NCBI RefSeq assembly: GCF_037042905.1
Contig: NC_087250.1
Location: 20,586,001-20,650,000 of the forward strand
Length of the DNA stretch: 64,000 nucleotides
Direction of reading: 5' to 3'
Source: Lytechinus pictus
Lineage: Eukaryota
Below the pieces are notes generated by a model. It worked only from the letters and a program-made list of their open reading frames with translations. It did not search any database and was not told where the DNA came from. A program made the position numbers and the translations under genes. Every line of letters begins with the position of its first letter. Within the stretch, counting starts at the first letter, position 1. Below are positions 28,183-38,542 of this stretch, piece by piece.

Positions 28183-29252
28183 ATATCTATCCAGCGATCT
28201 ATATATCTATTTATCTATCTATCCATCCGTCCATCTATCTAACTATCTATCTATCTATCTAACTATCCAGCGATCTATCTATCTATCTATCTATTCATCC
28301 ATCCATCCATCCATCTATCTTTCTATCTTCATTTCTTTCTTTCGTTCTTTCTTTCTAGGTATATATATATCATTATACTGCAGTCTTGATCAAGTGTTTC
28401 TTCAAACCTCTCAGTTATGAAATAAAAATTAATGTGTAAAAATAAAATACATTATAATGAGGAATTTGTTTCCTTCATTTATCGTTTCAGTTTTTTTTCT
28501 CAGTCTTTTCACATTCCTTATTAATCGCAGGCTGTTGTATTTTATTGAATCCAACAAATAAGGCTGAAGAGGTCCAAAGCCGAGAGCTTACAGAGAACTT
28601 TATAACACTTGCATCATTTCTATTTTTAGTAACTTTTCCTCATCAAGACACCAATATTTCCTTTGTTATAATACTTGCATGAAGTAATAATGTAATAAAA
28701 TAAAATTAACGTAATATATTGTTCGTATAAGTAACTAGGAATTATCTTATGCTCTTTAGTAATTCCTCTAACTAAATGAATTTGCGCATATATTTCCTTA
28801 TTTGCAATTGACATTTTAGGCACTTGGGTTATAAGCGAAGACATCTTCTTTCTATTCTTTCTATAAAAAAAAAAACCGAATTTTCAGTAAAATTCGTTCA
28901 CTTTTACCTTTGTGCAGTTCTCTACCCGATGTTCACAATCGATTCGCCCGAAAACTATTTCGACCAAAGAAAGAACTTGGGAATAAGAAATGTTCTGCTC
29001 CAGATTGTGCGAAAAGTCGAATTCCTCTCTCAGTTCGGCAAGCTCGGCTTCCAAAAGATAATTTCCAATTTCCACAAAGTCCTCATGGTCGTGCTCGTGT
29101 TCATGTTCGTGGTCATGGTCATGCTCGTGGTCATGGTCATGCTCGTGTGTATCCCTCGATTCTCTCGTCGACGTCGCCCCTGAGATCGTCAAAAAGTTTG
29201 AAAGGATGAGAATGAGGATGAAACCTCTGCACACGGTACCTAAGTACGCCAT
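574..29252 (-). CDS. SLC39A12: LIV-1 subfamily ZIP zinc transporter (ZIP4/ZIP12-like), 12 coding exons, 966 aa. Join (minus): 28908-29252, 24174-24464, 19521-19728, 17989-18842, 16112-16280, 12005-12174, 10716-10865, 6532-6696, 3571-3640, 2572-2724, 1978-2165, 574-711
   Basis: All introns are GT-AG with matching phases; total 2901 nt. Signal peptide, Cys-containing ectodomain (CF..., [16 protein letters not shown]-like motif), TM1 VWGYG, TM2 [11 protein letters not shown]4 [12 protein letters not shown]5 LIV-1 signature [11 protein letters not shown]-terminal LYED. ZIP12 versus ZIP4 orthology cannot be resolved by eye, so the symbol is tentative. Confidence 0.9.
1119..1712. mobile_element. 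TTAA-flanked MITE (Kolobok/T2-like)
   Basis: TTAA|AGGAGAAGTTCACCCTGA ... TCAGGATGAACTTCCCCT|TTAA; related fragments near 10420-10575 and 20270-20510. Confidence 0.8.
1978..2165 (-). CDS. ZIP exon 11 (TM5-TM7)
   Basis: ccgtag|[34 protein letters not shown]; donor ATG|gtaagc. Confidence 0.95.
2244..2548. repeat. Degenerate (ATC/GAT)n microsatellite in ZIP intron 10
   Basis: Direct reading. Confidence 0.95.
2572..2724 (-). CDS. ZIP exon 10 (TM4-TM5 metal site)
   Basis: [25 protein letters not shown]; ctgcag| and G|gtatcg. Confidence 0.95.
3030..3338. repeat. Degenerate (ATC/GAT)n microsatellite in ZIP intron 9
   Basis: Direct reading. Confidence 0.95.
3571..3640 (-). CDS. ZIP exon 9 (loop)
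   Basis: tcacag|[26 protein letters not shown]; donor G|gtacgg; provides the phase 0->1 link needed. Confidence 0.75.
3700..4839 (+). mobile_element. Degraded L2/CR1-group LINE RT fragment
   Basis: [33 protein letters not shown] (tatgcagacgac), [21 protein letters not shown]; frameshifted. Confidence 0.88.
5024..5337. mobile_element. MITE, TIR GGCCCGTATTCTGAAGTC (Harbinger-like)
   Basis: Long inverted ends; second copy at 31319-31630. Confidence 0.82.
6532..6696 (-). CDS. ZIP exon 8 (TM3-TM4 cytoplasmic loop)
   Basis: tgacag|[29 protein letters not shown]; donor CTG|gtaata. Confidence 0.8.
6905..8033 (-). mobile_element. 5'-truncated degraded LINE (RT C-term + CCHC finger; possibly Ingi/Vingi-like)
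   Basis: [37 protein letters not shown]; frameshifts; clade assignment tentative. Confidence 0.8.
8327..10415. mobile_element. Non-autonomous TA-TSD DNA transposon (Tc1/mariner-like), copy 1
   Basis: TIR CACAACAAAAAA(A)GTAAGTCCCCCC at both ends, TA flanks; no transposase ORF. Confidence 0.88.
10716..10865 (-). CDS. ZIP exon 7 (His loop, TM3)
   Basis: ttccag|[38 protein letters not shown]; donor GGG|gtaggt. Confidence 0.88.
12005..12174 (-). CDS. ZIP exon 6 (TM1-TM2)
   Basis: atgcag|[34 protein letters not shown]; donor CAG|gtaagc. Confidence 0.92.
12108..15999. repeat. Tandem duplication (copy 1 ~12108-13591; copy 2 ~13588-15999, with a ~0.85-kb insertion at ~13710-14552) including the 5' part of ZIP exon 6
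   Basis: Colinear near-identical sequence, e.g. 12225.. vs 14555.. and 13480-13590 vs 15880-15998; ATGA junction microhomology. Confidence 0.92.
16112..16280 (-). CDS. ZIP exon 5 (PAL-motif-like membrane-proximal ectodomain)
   Basis: ctgcag|[50 protein letters not shown]; donor G|gtgagt. Confidence 0.9.
17989..18842 (-). CDS. ZIP exon 4: tandem furin-site/His-Asp peptide array
   Basis: actcag|AG TTC (phase 1) to ACG|gtaaga (phase 0); open frame through the 78-nt repeats. Confidence 0.9.
18121..18759 (-). repeat. Coding tandem repeat, 78-nt/26-aa unit (TRKRREAM[A/S][17 protein letters not shown]): 7 near-identical units plus a diverged 27-aa first unit
   Basis: Read directly; 9 R-[KR]-R-R motifs spaced 81 nt then 7x78 nt. 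Confidence 0.97.
19521..19728 (-). CDS. ZIP exon 3 (ectodomain)
   Basis: ctaaag|[34 protein letters not shown]; donor G|gtcagg, phase 1. Confidence 0.85.
21652..21908. mobile_element. hAT-type poly-G/poly-C MITE with 8-bp TSD AGATCACC; related copy ~23335-23526
   Basis: AGATCACC|CACTGGCGGATCC..GGATCCGCCCCTG|AGATCACC. Confidence 0.82.
24174..24464 (-). CDS. ZIP exon 2 (ectodomain)
   Basis: tttacag|TGT CAG..; [25 protein letters not shown]; donor ACG|gtaagc. Confidence 0.85.
28128..28330. repeat. (CTAT)n/(CCAT)n microsatellite; shorter one at 22441-22515
   Basis: Direct reading. Confidence 0.95.
28908..29252 (-). CDS. ZIP exon 1: signal peptide, His/Glu/Asp tract, start of ectodomain
   Basis: [62 protein letters not shown]; donor AAG|gtaaaa, phase 0. 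Confidence 0.85.
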
Positions 29253-29428
29253 CTTAATTAGACAGTCTTTCCGATACTGAGAGCGTGTTACGTACAACGG
29301 GTTGGACTTGAGTACTGTGCGCAGCGTACCAGGACGTGCCGTGTGCATACAGAGAGAAAAGTCGAAGTAGCTTCAAGAGTTAGCATCACTAATACTTGAC
29401 GGAGATACACTATGCAAATAGTTATATA
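29228..29428 (-). promoter_or_regulatory. Putative ZIP core promoter: TATA box (29422-29428), octamer ATGCAAAT (29412-29419), three MRE cores TGCRCNC (29341-29347, 29317-29323, 29228-29234)
   Basis: Motif matches read directly; TSS not demonstrated. Confidence 0.6.
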
Positions 29429-30049
29429 TTGACTCTGAGGACATTAAATCCTATCCTGGTTAATTTCTCTTTATTCTAAGACACGCCTACTGATATTACA
29501 TGTTGTACTTTGGACTCGCTTGTTGATTAAATGAAATGCAGACCGCAATTGCTTAACGCTATTGATAAGAAACTAGATACCTACTTGAAGTGGTAAGGTA
29601 TGAATATATTCATACCCTTTCTCTATAATAACATCGGATTGTCTCATGAATATGAGGAAGTATCAAAAGCTGTCGTTCAAGAATCCCAGGATTTGATTCA
29701 GGTTATCTTATGACAAAGATAGGCCTTTCTTAAGATTATGTTTGATGCGGTTAACATACTCCTTCTTCATGTTCTTAAAGATAGAGAAAAGAATGAAAGA
29801 AAAAAAAAGGTACGCCCTAGGCCAGACCTGTAGATAAAGTGCAAACTATGATATGATATATATGTATATAATAAGAAAGAGAGAGAGAGAGAGGGAGGGG
29901 GGGGGGAGATAGAACAGATTAAACCAGTTGTGAATAAATAGACATAAGCCAGAGAATGACGTTTGATCAGTCATCAAACCTATATGTATGGAATTCCACA
30001 AGGAACTCTAGTCGGTACATTAATATTTATATTATAATGGAACTTTTTT

Positions 30050-30325
30050 TCTGCCTTTCCTTCTCCTCCTTCCTCATCCCCTTCTCCTACGCTTTTTTTT
30101 TCTTCTTCCTCTTCTTCTTCTTCTTATTCCTCCTTCCCCTCCTCTTTTTCTACTTCTGGATATCATTCTTCTTCATGCCCCCTCCTCCTTCTTCATGTTC
30201 TTCTTTTTTTTCTTTTTCATCTTTTTCTCCCTCTGCTTCTTTTTCTCCTCCTTCTTCCCTTTTCTTCTTCCTCTCCCCCTCTTCTTTTTCTTCTTCCTCT
30301 TCCTCCTCTTCTTTTTCCTCTTCTG
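30050..30325. repeat. Polypyrimidine (CTT/CCT) low-complexity tract upstream of ZIP
   Basis: Direct reading. Confidence 0.9.
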
Positions 30326-30763
30326 CTACTACTTATTATACTTCTTCTAATTTTTCTATGTTCTATCATGGACTCAGAAAGAAAGTCCTTGATTCCATGA
30401 AGAGAAAATCATTCGGGTATCATTCAATTATGTGACGTAATTGACCATAATTTTCTTACGTCATCAATGGTATTACATAAATTACACGTCCTCCCAAAAT
30501 GGTGCGTTAGGGTGTGTGTGTACGCGTGTGCGTCTCGGGGACGACGGAGGGGCTGCCAATATATGGCTACAGAATTAAGAACTTCATTAGTCTTTATCTC
30601 GATTGCACATTGTCTGCCTGTTACCATTAATCCATTTCTTATTGTATGCAAAATTAGTAATGAGATCGGTCACAGTAGCCATGCTAAAGGGTCTCTCAAG
30701 GGTTCACCGGCCCAACTTGACAAATCTCATTAAAGTTCTTCTTAAAGATAATTGTCGGTGGTA

Positions 30764-31002
30764 CACTGTAAAAACTGTGGTGTTAAAACTGACACCAGTT
30801 GGTGTTAATAGAGGACCACACCATGAGGTGTTAAAATTACACCCTCGAGATTTACCATAACACCAAATAGTGTAAATGTAACAACCAATGGTGTTGCAAT
30901 AAAACCTATAGGTTTTAAAATAACAGTGTCAAATTAACACCGGTGTAAAATAACTGGTGTGGTCCTCAATGTACAACGGTTAACACCACAATTTTTGCTG
31001 TG
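30764..31002. mobile_element. TA-flanked palindromic MITE; related copies ~12483-12684 and ~14818-15069
   Basis: TA|CACTGTAAAAACTGTGGTGTTAA..TTAACACCACAATTTTTGCTGTG|TA. Confidence 0.72.
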
Positions 31003-31318
31003 TAATGGTATTAACATGAGCTCGACCAGAATCCAATAAAGCGACCACCAAAGTGACCGAATGTATTCAAAGAATATGTGGCAAATGATTTCGAAAGAAA
31101 ATATGTAGTTGTTGAGAAATTTAGTAAATAACAATGGCATTTCAGCCGGTTGCCGGGTCTTGTATATTATCATTTGTATTAGTGATGTACGTTTTGATTG
31201 ACTTTGAGCTTGTAATTTTATGATTTCAAGGAGTGAGCTTTATGCAAATGAACCTGATCTAGATACTGTATACGAATAATGATATCCCGAGCACAGTGTC
31301 ACACAGTGTGATCACAGT

Positions 31319-31630
31319 GGCCCGTAATCTGAAGTCGGGTTTAACTTAAACTCAGGTTTAAAGTTGTGGTTTAAGTATGGGAAGCCAAAAGTGTCACAAT
31401 TTTTATAAAGTTGTAATGTTTCTTATGTTTACTGTGCTTTTTCCCTATTCATCGATGGTAAAGACAATCATCTATTTATACTATATAGACAATTATGAAT
31501 GATTTGAGAGCCAAATGAGCTGAAATATGATATCTCTATTGTTGGTGATTTATGTAACAATTGGCTTTTCATACTTAAACCACAACTTTAAACCTGAGTT
31601 TAAGTTAAACCAGACTTCAGAATACGGGCC
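31319..31630. mobile_element. MITE, same family as 5024-5337
   Basis: GGCCCGTAATCTGAAGTC..GACTTCAGAATACGGGCC, flanked by AGT direct repeat. Confidence 0.82.
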
Positions 31631-31974
31631 AGTGTGTTCACATAGTGGACTATGTGAAAATATTATTCACACTGTAAAAATGCTCATATTTAAGAGTGTG
31701 GAAGGAATTTCTCACTGTGGCTACCACTGTGGTGTGGATGTTCACAATTTGTTTGCATAGAAGACTATGTCAGGTATGTGAATACGTAATTTACACTGTT
31801 GAAATGCTCAAATTCAACAGTGTGAAGAAATTTTCACACTGTGGGCACCTCGATAGTGTGACTGTTCACAGCGTGTTCACATGGCCGACTTTGTGCATAC
31901 AGGGTATGTGTTTCACACCGTTGAAAAGTTCAAATTTGACAGTGTAAAAGTAATTTTACAATGTATTCTACACT

Positions 31975-34900
31975 GTGTTTTTTTAGTTTTTACACTTAAC
32001 CTTGGTTTTAAAGACTTTTCATGAAATCATGGACGCAACCACATACTTAGCAAACATAACTTTTTTTGAAGTAATAATCTAGTTCGAGCGTACTGGCACC
32101 TTTAATATAGTAAAAATCATTAACCTCGAGTTGCAATAATTAAACCATGGTGCACCTTCAAAAACTTCACTTAACATGGTTCAAGCCCATGATAAATTGA
32201 CAATGTGACCCTGTCAATCGTTGGCGTCCGAGATTAAAAAAAAAACCAGGGCAAAATTCGAGGATATAGATAAGAACTGTACGCTCGAGGTACCTTTGGA
32301 ACTATCCTTATCGCTCCCGAGGAGAGCCGAGGGTTTTTTGACTGTCTAAAGGTAAAGAGTCTGTGTAATTATTCAAATTCAGGAGCTATATGGTGTGTAC
32401 TATTTGTTTGAAAAGATAGTGATCAAGGTGATGTAAAGAACTGTACGCTCGAGGTACCTTTGGAACTATCCTTATCGCTCCCGAGGGGTAGCCGAGGGCT
32501 TTTTAACTGTCTAAAGGCAACAAGTATGCTTAGTTATTCAAATACACGAACAATATGGTGTGTATCATTTGTTTAGTAAGATATTGATTATGGAGAATAT
32601 GCCCCCTTGTCGTAAGATCAAATGATTAACTCGTTACGTGATAGATATCAGCCAATCACTTTGTTGGGATTAAATTTCATCATTTTATAATGATAAATAT
32701 TGCAGCTGTTCTGTTACGTCACGGTGTCGACATGAGTAGTATACATGCGTATCACAAACAACAAAAACAAACAAACAAACAAATTGTGTAGTTGTAGCAC
32801 ATGAACCAAGCAATAAAGCTCTTTATGCACCATTGTGTAGCTGTGTAGTACATGAACCAGTCAATAAAGGCCTTTATGCACCATTGTGTAGTTGTTTAGT
32901 ACATGAACTAATCAGGTATTGTTTGAATTTTAAGCAAATGTATAAACTTAACACAACAATGTTTAATTTGTAATATGTATTGCTTTAATACATGTTCATC
33001 ATTGTTCAACTTGCTTAGAAATTTGCTTAAAAACTTTTCAACTCTTGGATAAAAACTCTTAGTTTGTATAGTACATCTACAATCTATCAGCATAAATTAT
33101 GTACATGTTCTATTTTGTTTAATTTGCCGGAAATCCCGTGCTTTATCATATACGTTATGACTTCTTATATACTAGCAAAAAAATCACCATCATAATCAGC
33201 CGATGTGACATGATAGCACTTAAACCTTGCTCTACGGAAAGTGTATTTTCTCTGGTGTAAGGAACACAGAGCCCCACAGTGTACCCCATGATGTTCCCAA
33301 CCCATTCTGGATTACAGGGAAGTCTGTTATTACCTCCATATTTTTACATTACGCAAACGCACGGTGAATAGGACACTGTGAAGACACTTTGAATACACTA
33401 CGAATACACTACAAATACACTGTGAACATACTGTGAACACACTGTAAAAACGGATTTGAACACACTATGAACACACTGTGAATACACTGTGAAAACACTG
33501 TGAATACACTGTGATAATCCGTGAAAACTGTTTTTAGTAGGAAAATCCGGACACTTAACCTTGGTTTTAAAGACTATTCATGAAATCATGGACGCAACCA
33601 CATACTTTTTTAGGTAATAATTCCAGTTCAGGCATACTGTTAGTTTTAATAAAGTAAAAATCCTTAACCTCGGGGGTAATAATTAGACCATGCTGCACCT
33701 TCGAGAACTTCACTTAACATGATTCAAACCAATGAACATTGGACAACGTGACCTTGTCAATCTGAGATAGAATAAAATTACAAATCCAGGGCAAAAGTCG
33801 GGGACATCGATAAGAACTGTACGCTCGATGTACCCTTAGAACTATCCTATCACTCCCGAGGAGAGCCGATGTGTTTTTGATTGTCCAAAGGTAATTAGTT
33901 GGACATCTACAATTTATCGGCATAAATTATGTACATGTTCTCTTTTTGTTACTTTGCTGGAAATCCCGAAACCGATGCTTATCGATACTTTATTATAAAC
34001 TTAGTTATGACTTCAAAAATCACCATAATTATCAGCCGATGTGACTCAAACTTTTCTGCATTACTTGGAATGAACACAGTGCCCCACAGTGTACCCAATA
34101 ATGTTCCCAACCCATTCTGGATCACAGCAAAGTCCGTTATTACCTCCATACTGGTAAATTTGATTATTTAACAATTAGAACAATATTTTTACATTAACAT
34201 CGGGGGTAATAATTAAACCATGCTGCACCTCCCAAAACATCACTTAAAATGGTTCAAGCCAATGACGAATTGACAACGTCAATCCTTTGCGGTTGAGATA
34301 GAATAAAAAAAGAAATCCAGGGCAAAAGTCGGGGACATCGACAAGAACTGTACGCTCGAGGTACCTTTGGAACTATCCTATCCCACCCGAGGGGTAGCCG
34401 AGGGGTTTTGACTGTCCAAAGGTAATGAATATGTGTAATCATTCAAAAAACACGAACAATATGGTGTGTATCATTTGATTAGTAAGATATCGATTATGGT
34501 GAATATGCACCCTTGTCGTATGATCAAATTATTAATTCATCACGTGATAGATGTCAGCCAATCATTTTGTTAGGATCAATATAACCATTTTAAATGATAA
34601 ATATTGCTGCTGTTCTGTTATGTCTACGGTTCGACATGAGTAATACACATGTGTATCACAAACAGCAAAACACAAAGCAAAAAACAAAACAACAACAAAC
34701 AAACAAAAACAAACCAGCCAAACAATAAAGCCCTTTATGCACCATTGTGTAGTACATGAACTAATCAGGTATTGTTAAACTTTAAGCAAAGTGTATTAAA
34801 CAATGTATTGCTTACATGTTTATCATTGTTCAACTTGCTTAGAAATGTGCTTAAACACTCTTTAACTCTTAAAGAAAAAAATCTTAGTTTGTATATCTAC

Positions 34901-36820
34901 ATCTATCTATCAGCATAAATTATGTACATGTTCTATTTTTGTCATTTTACCGGAAATCCCGAAACCGATGCTTATCGGTGCTTTATCATAATCAGCCAAT
35001 ATGACACGAATAGCATTAAAAATTTCTGCATAACTCGGAAAGTGTATTTTCTCTGGTGTAATGAGCACAGTGCCCAAAAGTGTACCCAATTATGTTCCTA
35101 ACCCATTCTCGATCACAGCGCAGTCTGTTATTACCTGCATATTGTACAACGCCTACTTAGCTTGTTGTACGCGAGCAAATGGGAGACCGAATGTCAAACA
35201 TTCGTACCGTTGCACAAAAGACGTATGGCAGTGTATCCTATTGCCGGACACCTTTATTTCAGTCCTTTAAAAATGACAACTAGAGGAAATACAATCAAGA
35301 AAAATTCGCACTAGCTATTCAAAATATTATGAAAATTATGAATGTGGTAAAATTATTTTATATTTACCAACCATTTTCTTTGCATCGCACTTGCCGCATA
35401 CCCCTCCACGAAAAACAGTTATTTTCGTGCGTGACAAATTACATCATGATTCCGGACGCGCGCCGGACGGGTAAAGATATTCTTGATTATAATGATGTAA
35501 GAACAAATTTGTGTGATTTTTTCTTCTTATATCATATCATGAGTAAATTCTAAGTTTTTGTTTGCCGTTTTTATATCGATTCTGAGCAGATGTTGGTAAT
35601 AAATTCGTGTGTGATAACTTATTTTATTTTTTCTTGTTAGCTGCATGTTTCATGGAACTTTCCAATATTATGCCCCATATTATGCTCGTTCGTATCGTGA
35701 CGCTCATCAAGTTCTATCGATACGCTGCCGATCGTCGACGTACGGCTCTATACTCACGGTAAACCTCGCGCACGGGTACCTTGAGAACTAGCCGTCGACG
35801 ATCACCCACAATACACCACACCTCATCATTCGACCGAAGGAGCGGACGAGATTGAAATTCGGCAGATCAGACCCATATTTCCGTTAGAAAATATATCAAT
35901 TGTTAATGCAAAACTATGTTATTTGATATTTTAATCATTTTCTGTCATTTTAGAGATAAATAAGGTAAAAGTTTGATTTTTTCGCCTTGTTTTTGCAATC
36001 CTGTTCTATGTATTGCTCTGTGAAATTGAATTGTGGAAGTCTGCTGGCTAAATGCGCAATGCTGCCCGAGGTACGTACGTGTTCGCTTGTGGGATTTTGC
36101 TTTTCACTTTCCATATTTTTGCTCCCTTTTCATAGATTACTGCAGGAAAACTCTTTGTTTTTTCATTAATTTGCTAAACTCCGAGGCGTTGTACAACACA
36201 AATAGCGAATATTCTTATTCGTGCAATGGTGCGAGATTTCGCATTCGGTGAAAGAAAGAACGCCTCGTTGAATAGAGTATCTTTCTTTCACCTCATGCGA
36301 AATCTCGCACCATCGCACTCATGCGTATTCGCTGTTTGTATACTGTTAAATTTGAGTATTTAATAATTAGAACGATATTTTTACATTACGCGATCGCACG
36401 GTGAATAGGACACTGTAAACATTGGGTGACAAGGTGAATACACTGTGAATACGGTTGTGAATACACTGTGGAGACAGTGTGATTAAACTATGGATACACT
36501 GTGAACACACCGTTAACACACTGTGAACATACTGTGAGCACATTGTGTGAACACACTGTGAGTAGACTGTGAACACACTGTAAATACGGCTGTGAACACA
36601 CTATGAACACACTGTGCAAACACTGTGAATACACTATAATAACACAGTGAACACTGTTTTTTAGTAGGAAAATGCGGACACTTAACCTTGGTTTTAAAGA
36701 TTTTTCATGAAATCATGGACGCAACCACAATAGGTAAAGTCTTTTTGAGGTAATAATTCCAGTTCATGCATAATGTTACCTTTAATATAGTAAAAATCAT
36801 TTACCACGGGGGTAATAATT
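31975..36820. repeat. Complex imperfect tandem repeat of a ~1.3-1.5-kb unit (copies starting ~31990, ~33550, ~34190 partial, ~36680 partial)
   Basis: cacttaaccttggttttaaaga..catgaaatcatggacgcaaccaca recurs at ~31993, ~33552, ~36679; aagaactgtacgctcgaggtacc recurs several times. Confidence 0.85.
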
Positions 36821-36899
36821 AAAGGGGAATCCAACCCAAATAAAAACTTGTTTCTAGAGGAAAAAGAATAATCAGACAAGTTGATAGGTGAAAGTTGAA

Positions 36900-37790
36900 A
36901 GGTGAACACATTGTGAATACACTGTAAAGAAACTGTGAATACACTATGAATACAATGTGAAGACACTGTGAAATACACTATGAAGACACTGTGAACGCAC
37001 TGTGAGCAAATAGTGAACACACTGTGAATACACAATGGACACAATGTGAACACACTGTGAACGCACTGTGAGCAGTCTGGAAACACACTGTGAACAAACT
37101 GTGAGCAAAAAAAGTGAACACACTCTGAACACACTATAAACACACTGTGAATACACTGTGAACACACTGTGAATACACTATGAACACACTGTGAACACAC
37201 TGTGAACACACTGTGAATACACTGTGAACACACTGTGAATACACTGTGAACACACGGTGAGCACACGGTGATCACACGGTGAACACACTGTGAACACACT
37301 ATGAACATATTGTGAACACACTGTGAACACACTATGAACACACTATAAACACACTATGAACACACTGTGAACACACTGTGAACACACTGTGAACACACTG
37401 TGAATACACTATGAACACACTGTAAACACACTGTGAATATACTGTGAACACACTGTGAATACACTGTGAACACACTGTGAATAGACTGTGAACACACTGT
37501 GAACACACTATGAACACACTGTGAACACACTGTGAATACACTGTGAACACACTGTGAACACACTGTGAATACACTATGAACACACTGTAAACACACTGTG
37601 AATATACTGTGAACACACTGTGAATACACTGTGAACACACTGTGAATAGACTGTGAACACACTGTGAAGACACTGTGAACAAACTGAACACACTATGAAT
37701 ACACTGTGAACACACTGTGAACACATTGTGAATACACTGTGAACACACTGAATACGTTATGAAGACACTGTGAACACACTATGAGCACAC
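36900..37790. repeat. 11-bp minisatellite (GTGAACACACT)n; shorter arrays at 33370-33515 and 36415-36655
   Basis: Direct reading. Confidence 0.95.
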
Positions 37791-38542
37791 TCGTGGGAAG
37801 ACCGTAAAAGACTAAAATGAATGTAAAAAAACACCTTTAAATCAAATCAAAGGAATATCGTTATAACGTACAATATTTTAAGCACTGAATATACATAATT
37901 AAAGCATGATATATAATTATATACTATAATATACTAAGATATAAGCATAATATAAACATAACATTTATATAATCAAAGCATAAACTTTGCAAAAACATCA
38001 AATCAAACCGACAAGTTTGCATTCTGATTAGGCCGATATGTGCAATGTCAATGTTTCTGATTAGTCAAATAATCAAATGACAATGTTATCACAGCGTGAA
38101 AAAAATGACTGTGATTTGAATCAATACATTACGATCATGACGCTTTTTAGTATTAGCAAAGGTTATTTACTGAGTAAATAAGTGCACTTTGAAGAGAGAA
38201 TGTGCCGCTATCATAATCAATCTATGTGACATTCTCTCATAAAATGTGCTAGAACTTTGTGGAACTTTTCATTGCCGGGGGGGGGGGGCACATATTCATC
38301 ATATTCAACTCCTACATTTAAATAACTACCCTACCTTACATGCAAAAATACATATATTGCCATAAATGTTTATGGTAGAAATCATAAACAATTTTACTCT
38401 GTCAGTAGATAGCCCTGTTTGCGTAGTAATAATAAATAATAATAGTGATGTCTTATTGAGCGCACACACCGTCCAGAGACGCTCATGGCGCTAGCGCAGC
38501 AACAGTTCCTATGGATACAAATATTTTATACACGTATATATA

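Noticed and set aside
29253..29348. Upstream in-frame ATG at 29348 as ZIP start
   Set aside because: It would put 32 polar residues before the signal peptide; ATG 29252 gives a canonical signal peptide. It cannot be formally excluded as a minor start.
29956..30435. Phe/Ser-rich 159-aa ORF
   Set aside because: Polypyrimidine low-complexity tract.
35142..36342. Possible TIR element (TTGTACAACGCCT inverted pair) plus adjacent small hairpin
   Set aside because: Only a 13-bp inverted match and no clear TSD; probably transposon debris, but boundaries cannot be supported.
36367..37748. Cys/His/Val-rich ORFs (SQCVHSVFTVC)n, superficially metallothionein-like
   Set aside because: Stop-free frames of an 11-bp minisatellite, open in multiple frames, with no gene structure.
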